DNA of 63,922 nt, counting the filler, from Neolecta irregularis DAH-3 (lineage: Eukaryota): the NCBI GenBank assembly GCA_001929475.1. It is 10 parts of 10 records of this genome, joined end to end, with 100 filler letters (N's around TTAATTAATTAA, not from the genome) between each part and the next. Parts side by side here need not be neighbours in the genome. Positions count along the whole stretch, not along the records: positions 39,010 to 55,161 come from LXFE01000673.1; positions 55,262 to 56,352 come from LXFE01004359.1; positions 56,453 to 57,977 come from LXFE01000674.1; positions 58,078 to 59,701 come from LXFE01004368.1; positions 59,802 to 62,645 come from LXFE01000681.1; positions 62,746 to 63,922 come from LXFE01000729.1; 4 more parts are not named here. One strand, 5' to 3'. The stretch's first letter is position 1. Every line of letters starts with the position of its first letter. The position numbers were made by a program, and so were the translations under genes. The notes under the pieces are model-generated. The model saw only the letters and a program-made list of their open reading frames with translations. It was not told the DNA's origin and searched no databases. Positions 54,554 to 63,922 of the stretch are shown here, piece after piece.

Positions 54554-54789
54554 TGTTTTGCTGGAGTAGCTTTCGGGGAAAGTACGAGGGACGTTGATTT
54601 AGAGCCACCAACCTCTCATATCTCTCACACAAAGAGATGTAGATACATGCTATTACATACATAAGGTTGCTATAGGTGTCTAAACACGGTGGTGATTCTG
54701 GGATAGTCCCCTTCTGCAGACCGGCAGATCTCGGAATACACATTCCGTTATATTCCGTATAAAAAGTTCTTTTTTCAGGTCCCGCCGTC

Positions 54790-55161
54790 ATGTCTTTTAA
54801 AAGTCCTCGCGACGACGAAGATGATCCAGATAATCTCTATTCTATTCTTGGGATCTCATCAAACGTATCCTACATCTCTGCTGCTTAATCTAAATTCCCA
54901 AGGCGACCGAGTCCCAGATTCGATCAGCTTACAAACACCTGTCGAAGTCCTTTCATCCCGATAAACATCCCGAGAATCTTGAACTTACTTCTGCGCTATT
55001 TAAGAAAATAAACAAAGCTTATACTGGTATTGAATATTCATAGACTTTGCACGAATTGACTGCGGATAGTACTGATCGATTCGAATCAACGCTTGATATA
55101 CGATCAATTGGGTGAACAAGGCCTCGAAATGAAGGTCCCGACCACTGTTGGACCTAGAAAC
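54790..55161 (+). CDS. DnaJ (J-domain) protein, DNAJC11-like, truncated by a gap
   Basis: Spliced LYSILGISSN|ATESQIRSAYKHLSKSFHPDK...INKAYT|VLIDSNQRLIYDQLGEQGL, containing the HPD motif. Confidence 0.85.
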
Positions 55162-55261
55162 NNNNNNNNNNNNNNNNNNNNNNNNNNNNNNNNNNNNNNN
55201 NNNNNTTAATTAATTAANNNNNNNNNNNNNNNNNNNNNNNNNNNNNNNNNNNNNNNNNNNN

Positions 55262-56072
55262 ATACTCGAGAAAGTCCATCATTGTTGCCTAGGTGAAAGA
55301 TATAGCGATGGGAATCAAACGCATAAGTCTTTCTTTGGCCGAATTCATAAAGCCTGAGAAAAAGCAATACAAGTTGATAAAAGGAAGTTGAAGATTGAGT
55401 ATTTTCAGCATTCCATGACTTGAGTGCGGAAATAAGTGGCTCTCGAGCAAGAATATCCGATGCCAAAGCCGTCTTAGAATTCGAGGGTAGAGTGTCGATT
55501 GCATATACTGAACTTTCACCAGTAAGATAGCAGTTCTCAAGAAAACGTTCGATGATCTCTCCTAATTTCTTTGGGAACGACTTTCCATATGGTACTCTGA
55601 GCCACTCGCCAATGGGCACAGCAGGGAACTGTTTAGACAATCCAGAAACAGTGGACACAAAATTGTATTCAGTGGTGAGACTAGAACATAAGATGACTGT
55701 TCAAATCTCGATTTCATACTCATATAGTGACCGTAAGTTCTCTCGCGTTTGCCCTTCGGCATTATCTTTCATATATTCTTGTCGAAGTGATACTTTTTGA
55801 AGAAAGATGTAGCAGTTGAGTTGCTGTTGAGTTCCGACCTGCGCCAAAGCGAAAGAGTGACAGAAAAATGGGGCATTCAAGCATTCTGTAGCACAAAATT
55901 CTTCTGGGGCTATCGTATCCCGTTCCAACTTCTCGGAGATAGTCGTAAACTCAGTGAGGTCGTCAAAATCATATTCGAGCTCAGTATCCTTAACCTCTGT
56001 GAAAAGATCGAGGTTCTGCGTTGCAAAGGAAGGCTTTCCGCACAATGCGATGAAAAATAAAATCGACAACAT
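55262..56072 (-). CDS. Secreted protein with N-terminal PAN/apple-like domain; 3' end in a gap
   Basis: Signal peptide MLSILFFIALCG and FCATECLNAPFFCHSF...NCYIF (PAN-type Cys spacing). A 39-nt GTATGA..TAG intron removes the TGA at 55701 and joins the two same-frame ORFs. Confidence 0.6.
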
Positions 56073-56452
56073 GGTTTGGGATAAGTAGAGAAAAGATTCG
56101 GAGCGGATTTCTCTCGATTAAATATCTTTTTAACCGAGACATCACTACGGAAAGAGCAAATGGCTGACGCTTCCTCAACGTGAATGGCCGAACGTGGGAA
56201 TGTGGCGGTCTCGATTTAGGTCAGAGGCTGAATCCANNNNNNNNNNTTCTTTGGGAACGACTTTCCATATGGTACTCTGAGCCACACGCCAATGGGCACA
56301 GCAGGGAACTGTTTAGACAATCCAGAAACAGTGGACACAAAATTGTATTCAGNNNNNNNNNNNNNNNNNNNNNNNNNNNNNNNNNNNNNNNNNNNNTTAA
56401 TTAATTAANNNNNNNNNNNNNNNNNNNNNNNNNNNNNNNNNNNNNNNNNNNN

Positions 56453-57296
56453 TCGCTAATAAAATAGACCTGATCCTCCTCGCAAGGGTCCTCCTTCAGT
56501 ACTCGAGACAGTATGGAACTATGCTAGCTATGAAGACTGGAAGACTCGAGTAGTTAAGAAATATGGACTCGACCCGCAAACCGTCTTGCCCTTGAGACTC
56601 TTCTACGGCGTTCTATTCGAATATCCGCTACCTCACATATCGACGCCTTTAATAGATAAGACGTCTTTCAAAAATATCCTTGAGAATCCTTTCGGCCCCA
56701 AGACTCAGATCCAACTACCCAAGCTCCAAGATGAATTTGATAAAGGATTCAATGGACTTGGTTTTGACAACCACCCGCAACTTATACACGCGATCCTCAA
56801 AACTTTTAAAAATGGAAAAGAAATCAAAAAATCCATCCATGATGATAAAGACATTGATTCTAACGTAATTAATGTTCAATATAGTTCGTATGAACTGCTC
56901 GAGAAACCTTATTTTGTGCTCGATTCCCACAACGATGAGATTCCTGTCACAGTTATTTCTGTCGGCTGCGAATTCTCGTCTGATGAAAAGGATATAATTC
57001 GACAAAATAGCAGAGCCACAGAGCTTCGGTTTAACATTGGATTTTACTCGATATATCCCGAAGAACATGGATTTGAAGGAGAAAGCGCTGACTTTGCTAT
57101 TCAGGCTTATATCAACGCGTGGATGTATGGCAGTAACCAAGATGTCTGGAAGTTTTCTAAAAGTCCTTTTTTCCAACATGCCTATCTTGCGATGATATGG
57201 AATGCCATTGGGGGGAACAAGTCCCAAGCACCCGGGGGAATAGCAGAAACTAAAGGCAGATATAACCATTATGATGTCGGTATCAAGTTTGCTTAG
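56453..57296 (+). CDS. Hypothetical protein, probably 5'-truncated by a gap
   Basis: Long ORF of at least 236 aa with no recognised domain. Confidence 0.5.
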
Positions 57297-57612
57297 AAAA
57301 ACTCACTGGATATGCTCTGAAATAGAGTACTAGGTTGAAGATGGCATATAGAGAAGAATATTTTACTGTTTTTAGTTAGCAGATAGAGAACTACAAAAAG
57401 ATGGACGTTTGGCATCAAAGATATGATTTGAGCTAGATCGAATCGGGCTTGCTTCGTTGCCATTTTCAAGAAATCGCTGTCTTAAACCTTGTAAACCCAT
57501 GTTAACACGAGGGTAATCATGTCACGAAAAAAGTCTTCCGGAGGGAACTGATTAAACAAGGCTGGTCTTGGGTCGTGTATTGTGCGTGTCGTGAGCCTAC
57601 TCCTAATGCTTT

Positions 57613-57977
57613 TTACTGAACCTCAGTCTCAGATAAACCGTCTTCATTTACGCGAAGATGTTGAATCGGAATTCCTGAATCGTCTTGTGTCTGATGAAGC
57701 ACAGTCCCTGCACGGTCTACGCACTGTAGGTATACTGAAACAGCATCACTTGCTCTAATGTCTTCTTGGTCAAAGCGACCATCTGCAGATATGTATGTTA
57801 TCGAATCAGGTTCAGAGGGTGATTTAGCTATTGTAATATAATTGCCTGCCCCAAACGACATGACAAATATACGACTTTCCAAATCCACATACATGGGGAG
57901 CTGGGAAGAAAAGTAATACGACTCCGCCAAATACGAATGGCTATCTTTGGGTTCATAAATCTTGAGAAAAGACAAAA
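57613..57977 (-). CDS. Hypothetical protein fragment, 5' end in a gap
   Basis: 120-codon frame open from the gap edge. Confidence 0.35.
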
Positions 57978-58221
57978 NNNNNNNNNNNNNNNNNNNNNNN
58001 NNNNNNNNNNNNNNNNNNNNNTTAATTAATTAANNNNNNNNNNNNNNNNNNNNNNNNNNNNNNNNNNNNNNNNNNNNCCCTCGATGACAAGCTGAGGTAT
58101 GGTAGTTTCATAAAATGTGGCGTTGCACTCCAACTACATATCAGGTTTCAGCCCAAACATTCTATTGATTCGCGTTAAATTGTTCCGCAATCTATTATTC
58201 GCGTTGATTCTNNNNNNNNNN

Positions 58222-58907
58222 CGGGTCTCGACCGTACCCCACCCGCGCTGCCTCCACCAATATCCGCGCTGTCAGCCCCCATATCTTGCGCTCCCCACTT
58301 TCGCTGTTCTGCTCAACAACTTGCACTTGGCTCGCCTCGGGGTAAAATTCATGCATCGCCCATTTCTTGTCAAACCAGCTTATCCATCCCCCCCGATACC
58401 CCCTCTTGGATAGAAACATTTCAAACGGAACCGTAAAAATATCCCCCACCTCCTTCGGATCCAACACCCGAATAACCCCATCGCTCAGAATACTGCTTAG
58501 ATACGCAATACACGGCGTCACAACTATATGCGTCCGGGATAAATGTGGTGCCAGCGTAGTCAATTGCTCTATATGTAGCGGTGCTCCAATACTCACCGGT
58601 AATCCTATTTCTTCAAATGCTTCCCGGCGCTACTAGTCATTATTGCCCCTCCCGTTCTTACCGCTGTTGACCACACCCCTTCCCCGCCATCAGCTTTGCC
58701 CCCCGGAAGAGAAACGTCCCCGCTGTGGCTGCGAAGATTCTTCGATCGAGTTGTCAAAACAACTCGCAGTTCCCCCTCCTCGTCCGCGAACAGCAAAACA
58801 AGCACGCTCGCTCGTACACACGTTTCAATTGAAGTTACTGCCGGAACAAACGATTCAAGTCGGGAAAGACATTCCCTCGATGACAAGCTGAGGTATGGTA
58901 GTTTCAT
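58222..58907 (-). CDS. PCD1: Peroxisomal CoA diphosphatase (Nudix, Pcd1/NUDT7), 2 exons; 3' end at a gap
   Basis: ASVLVLL, LTTRSKNLRSHSGDVSLPGG (UPF0035 motif), spliced Nudix box A|RREAFEEIGL, and IWGLTARIL. Confidence 0.92.
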
Positions 58908-58954
58908 AAAATGTGGCGTTGCACTCCAACTACATATCACTTTTCAGCCCAAAC

Positions 58955-59210
58955 ATTCTATTGATTCGCGTTAAATTGTTCCGCAATCTATTATTCGCGT
59001 TGATTCTATTATTCGCGTTAATTCTATTATTCGCGTTAATTCTATTTGATTCCGCAATCTATTATTCGCGTTGATTCTATTTGATTNNNNNNNNNNGATT
59101 CTATTATTCGCGTTAATTCTATTTGATTCCGCAATCTATTATTCGCGTTGATTCTATTTGATTCCACAATTCTATTAATTCTATTATTCGCGTTACATCT
59201 ATTTGATTCC
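58955..59210. repeat. AT-rich minisatellite built from TTCTATTATTCGCGTT(A/G)A and TTTGATTCCGCAAT units
   Basis: Eight TTCGCGTT cores in about 250 bp, interrupted by a 10-N gap. Confidence 0.85.
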
Positions 59211-59624
59211 AGATTTGATTTTGCGTTGTTCCTCTAGTAACATCTCCAAATTCCCCCTGATTCCGTCCTTTATATTATAATTCCCCTTTCGATCTCCTGG
59301 ACTGATATCACTATCTCGAGCCGCCTCGCCAGACTTCCAGTCCATAAAGAGCGGAGGAATAACCGTATATCCTCCCGCTTTACCAGAACCCTGGAGCATC
59401 GACATATGCACATCTACTGGTGCTTGTAGTGGTAATAGACCAAGATGGTAGATGATCTGCATTGCCCCAATACGAGTAACCGCGTACCCAATGGTACAGA
59501 TCGCACCCCTGGTTTTCATCACCAGTCGCTGCCCCGTCGGTTTCAGGGAAAAAAACTCCAAAAGTTCGCCTACATATGCGCTTTGTATCTCGGGATCAGG
59601 GACTGTTGGATCTTCATACATTCG
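59199..59624 (-). CDS. Glycosyltransferase family 25-like protein, C-terminal part
   Basis: ICTIGYAVTRIGAMQIIYHLG...APVD, resembling the fungal GT25 CTxGYAVSxxGA motif. The N-terminus is disrupted by gaps. Confidence 0.65.
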   Translation of the reverse strand, partial: RMYEDPTVPDPEIQSAYVGELLEFFSLKPTGQRLVMKTRGAICTIGYAVTRIGAMQIIYHLGLLPLQAPVDVHMSMLQGSGKAGGYTVIPPLFMDWKSGEAARDSDISPGDRKGNYNIKDGIRGNLEMLLEEQRKIKSGIK

Positions 59625-60190
59625 NNNNNNNNNNAACCAAGATGGTAGATGATCTGCATTGCCCCAATACGAGTAACCGCGTACCCAATGGTACAGATCG
59701 CNNNNNNNNNNNNNNNNNNNNNNNNNNNNNNNNNNNNNNNNNNNNTTAATTAATTAANNNNNNNNNNNNNNNNNNNNNNNNNNNNNNNNNNNNNNNNNNN
59801 NCCCGCCCACCCGCCGGAATGGCCGCACTGATGACAATATTAAAGATATGAGTCATCGTAATGAGATTCAACATCGAGCATAATGCAAGTACCCAGTTGG
59901 GACATTTAATCAGTTTGGGAAGCCAGGTTCTATATAAGTCATCCACCTCAAGTTTCAACAATCGATTCAAAAATCAGTAGAGACCAGCAATGGTTAGGAT
60001 CAATCCAGATCTCATCTGCAATATCAATTACAGACGCACTTGCCAATGTCTATGACATGAATGATTATTGGAGCTTAAGCCGCCGAAATCCATATGCACA
60101 TTCGGTTGGTTGAAATGAGACGCAAATCAGAGGGCGATTCGCAAATATATATAATTCGAGACAATAATATCAATGACCACCTTTTTGCAA

Positions 60191-62003
60191 CTAATACTTT
60201 GAAAGACCACCCCATGCTCTCCAAATCCGTTTCATAACAAGTTTTTTTTCCATCCATGGTTGAATCTCTAGATCGGCGATATCCAGGGAAATTTCGTCGG
60301 CAATTAGTAATCCTCGTGTTAGGTTTCGAAGAATGTATAGCTCAACCAACAGTAGACCAGTTGCTTCTTCTCCTCCCTGGGGAAATGCAGTGAAAATCCG
60401 ATCAATGGCACTAAGTCGTTAATTTAGTTTGTATAAATATCGGGGACTTGCCGCAGTTTTTTGAATATCCGTTTCAAGATTTGCTCACTGCGAGTAGGTT
60501 TGCCGCTACCCCATCCTCGAATCCAACTCGCAGTGCCATAGACGATTAATAATCCCGGCGCTACGCCGACTAATCCAAATACTAATTCCTGGCTCTTGAG
60601 TAAGCGGTCGATTCCATCCATTGCGGTCTCCACGTCTACTTTGGTTTTTTGCAGTTGTATCAGCAATGCCCGGATTAGATTTCCTTTGACCGCGTTTAAC
60701 ACGGGGCTCTTCATTTCAGATTCGTAAACTTTTAAAACAGCGCTCAAGTCGCCTTGCCGGACTGCATTGCGTACTACCTCGGCTGATTCACCGGACGCGG
60801 AGCAGAAATCGAGCACCATACGCTCGAGACTAGCGACGTCTGAAGCGAGAGATTTTTGGCTAGTGAGAGTAATAGCAGAGTCTTGACGAAGTGTGTGAAA
60901 GATTTGGTTTAGGGGTTCGATGACCCAGTTGTACCAGAACCCTGTGATAGTTTCGAATGATTCTGCGATCCAAGTTTTTATAGCAGTTTGTCTGTGGGTA
61001 AGGAGGTGTAGGATTTTTGATGCAGAGAGTGCCAGACCTAGGAAGGCGGGCCAGTATCGTGTAAGAGTGCTAGGTTTTGTGAAGGGGCGTGCATTGTGCA
61101 GGGTAGACTGGGAGAATGTGGCAAGACAAGTTATTATATTAATCAACTCTGTTGCGAGATGCTCGCATTCATCCGAGTCTGAATCAGACGAGTAGGATTT
61201 TGAATCTGAATTTGAGGATAGAGAGTCATCTTGTCTTGATATGACTTGGCGCATTTGGTGAATGGAGCTAGCTAGATCGAGTTTAATTGCCTTTTCAAAT
61301 GTAAAACACCTGGATGTTAAGATGCCGATGGAGATGGCCTGCGATCGCTTGAGGTCGACGACTGCGCGAAAGTTGACATCTGCTTCGAGTTTGATGCGGT
61401 CAAGGATTGATAGACTGTCGAGGATAGAAGAGGAGAAAGTTTGCCTGACTGACGCAGTGGAGAAATACGAAAGAAAAGTAGAGGTAGGGTTTAAAGTCTG
61501 AAAGAATCTGAAAAAGCGAATCGGAGCGGCTAGGTTCAATGAAACCGCAGATCAAGGCAGCGTACTCTGAAGCATATAAAAAAGTCTGTTTCTGGGCGAG
61601 CGGATGACTGCTTCCCAGTACCATTCGGCGTCCTGGAGTGGCACAGTCACGCAAATCAGCGTCTCAACGGCTCTGGCATAAACAACGAGCGCGGATTTCG
61701 CCAGCAGGCTCCATTTTTCGTCGTGGCCGCGCAACGAAGAGATATCATCTAGTAGATATTTAATGCTTGTGAGAGGCGCATTGAGCGGAATGGTATTTGG
61801 GGTCAGACACGTCTCGAGGGTGGAGTTTATTGCGAGCAGCGAATGCGAGAGCGCTGTGTCTGCGAGGGAACCGGTGGTGAGCGACTGGTGCGGTTGCGGG
61901 AGCAGCGGGATCTGCGGGAGGAACTTGAACGACAGCCGCTGATTCGCCATATTCTGCAATTCAGACGAATGGAGCCAGTGTGGTAACCAACCACCAAGGA
62001 CAT
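60191..62003 (-). CDS. NCA2: Nuclear control of ATPase protein 2 (Nca2), 3-4 exons; start at 62003 or 61950
   Basis: YWEAV, RYWP, FWYNWVIEP, SLASDVASLERMVLDF, and GDLSAVLKVYE...LIRALLIQLQKTKVDVETAMDGIDRLLKSQELVFG. Confidence 0.92.
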
Positions 62004-62745
62004 GAAAACACAGGAGAGAATTGGGCGGCAGGTAACGAAATATGCGGTGGTGATCAGGGAAAGCCGGGCGTCGGGAACCAACCACTAACAGTTTCCACAA
62101 AGCAAAGGGGAAGATCGGGTGTTCTAGTGCCTTGAGCGGATTGTTACAATCGTTGATTGAATGCTTTGAGAATAATTGATTGATTGATTGATGATGATAA
62201 TAATATGATTCGAAAAAAAGGAGAGAAACCCTACCCCAAGTACTCGTTGAGCACATTCTCCAATCAGAATCAAGCAGATAAAAACGGAAATTAAGCGGGG
62301 GGACCAACCTAGAAGACGGAATTTGCGATCCAGGTAGATGAAATTATGCTAATCACCACAAAACGCGACCACCTCTTACTTGTTACAAGCTTCTTTACCT
62401 TGTCTAGGGATTGGAAACATTGATGATTCCACGAAAAGAAATGAAACAATTGATCTGATAATTCCCCATTCCTAGCACATAACACTGCTCAAGCCTCGGG
62501 TCCCAGGGCATTAGACCCCAGCGGAGTGCTACTTTCTGAATTTAAGAGGCCGAAAGGAGAAATATATAAGGCCTAGGTGTCTTAACCAGACTTGCTAACA
62601 AGTAAGCAAGTCCAATTCTGGACTTTGGACTTGCTTGCTTGCATANNNNNNNNNNNNNNNNNNNNNNNNNNNNNNNNNNNNNNNNNNNNTTAATTAATTA
62701 ANNNNNNNNNNNNNNNNNNNNNNNNNNNNNNNNNNNNNNNNNNNN

Positions 62746-63922
62746 CCGCCGCCGCCGGCGATGCAGGAGCACGCGGCGAACGGACACCTGCTGCCGCCGC
62801 TGCCGCACCTGCAGGGCGACGCGGGCGCGGGCGGGCGCAATCTCAACGTCAAGGACGCGCTCAGCTACCTCGACCAGGTCAAAATGCAGTTCACAGAGCG
62901 CCCGGACGTCTACAACCGCTTTCTCGACATCATGAAGGACTTCAAGTCGCAGTCGTGCGTCCCCCGCCGCCCCGCGCGCGCGCTGACCGCAGCATCGACA
63001 CGCCGGGCGTCATCGACCGCGTGTCGACGCTGTTCTACGGCCACCCCGCGCTGATCCAGGGCTTCAACACCTTTCTGCCGCCCGGCTTCCGCATCGAGTG
63101 CGAGGACGACCGCACCATCCGCGTGATCACCCCCGCCGGCGTCCAGATCCACGAGCCCAAACCCGCAAAGTCCGACCGCGACCGCGACCGCGACCGTGAC
63201 CGCGACCTCTACGGCGCGCCCCTCTTCCCGCCCCACCAACTCCCCCCAAACGCCCCCTTTGGCGCCCCCCTCCTGCCCCCAAAGGGCCCCGCAGCCCTCA
63301 AACGCGAGCCCGTCGAATTCAACCATGCCATCAGCTACGTCAACAAGATCAAGGTATGACGCCGCTCGCTGGCCACCACGATTAATCGCAGCACCGCTTT
63401 ACAAGCGAACCAGAAATATACAAAACATTCCTCGAAATCCTGCAGACATACCAAAAAGAATCAAAACCAATACAGGAAGTCTATGCCCAGGTCGCAGAAC
63501 TGTTCCACGACCAGAAAGATCTGCTCGAGAGCTTCAAGGAATTTCTCCCAGACCCTGCTGCAAACCAGAATGCAATCACCTCTGCAGGCCCTCTTCCAAA
63601 ATCCGGCCTGCCTCCCCTCGGGAACTTTTCCTCCGCCCCCCCAAAGGACAAGAAAAAACGCGCCGCGAATCAGGATATTCCTCAGCCAAACGGTCGCAGT
63701 AATGCTGTAAAGGTATCTGCACGCTGGAATCATATTGATCTCGAGAAACCGCGAACCTCTAAACAACCTGCAATGGACATTAGCTCCTTGGAACCCAGTC
63801 TAACCCCATACATCCCCGAACCCATCGCTCCTCCAAAATTGGTTGTTGCAACTAACGAAGAAATGGATTTCTTTGCCAAAGTCAAATCGCACATCAACAA
63901 GCAAACCACTTACAACGAATTC
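62746..63922 (+). CDS. SIN3: Sin3 corepressor (PAH domains), partial
   Basis: PAH1 [14 protein letters not shown]...[47 protein letters not shown] and PAH2 [15 protein letters not shown]...[17 protein letters not shown]3 begins at the window end. Confidence 0.97.

Noticed and set aside
55701..55703. In-frame TGA between two same-frame ORFs, suggesting readthrough or editing
   Set aside because: It is more simply explained by a 39-nt GTATGA..TAG intron that contains the stop.

Overview
This is eukaryotic (fungal) genomic DNA from a very compact, intron-rich ascomycete scaffold. Introns are mostly about 30-50 nt and some divergent genes are under 100 bp apart. The gene set and style suggest an early-diverging Taphrinomycotina such as Neolecta, which is an inference only. 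The window has many assembly gaps: 100-N gaps with a TTAATTAATTAA linker, and 10-N gaps flanked by duplicated contig ends. About 30 protein genes can be recognised: an M20 peptidase, a head-to-head isoorotate decarboxylase + thymine-7-hydroxylase pair, IDH1, PEX13, two tandem GH28 polygalacturonases, an RGS-domain gene absent from the ORF track, an ALYREF/Yra1-like RRM protein, an RCC1 protein, a BAR-SH3 protein, an F-box protein, VMS1, TFC1, phospholipase D, a PNUTS/Ppn1-like protein, PRP22, a Gfo/Idh/MocA oxidoreductase, a PBR1-like SDR, an ABC1 kinase, CFIm25, a DnaJ protein, a secreted PAN/apple protein, PCD1, GT25, NCA2 and SIN3. There are also GH47 mannosidase and kinase pseudogenes. The most notable observations are the thymine-salvage gene pair, an apparent excess of GC-AG introns (one inside the PLD catalytic HKD motif), the hidden RGS gene, a possible poison 3' splice site in the Yra1-like gene, and local GC-rich, strand-skewed islands that reshape codon usage within genes. 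All exon boundaries were inferred by eye.
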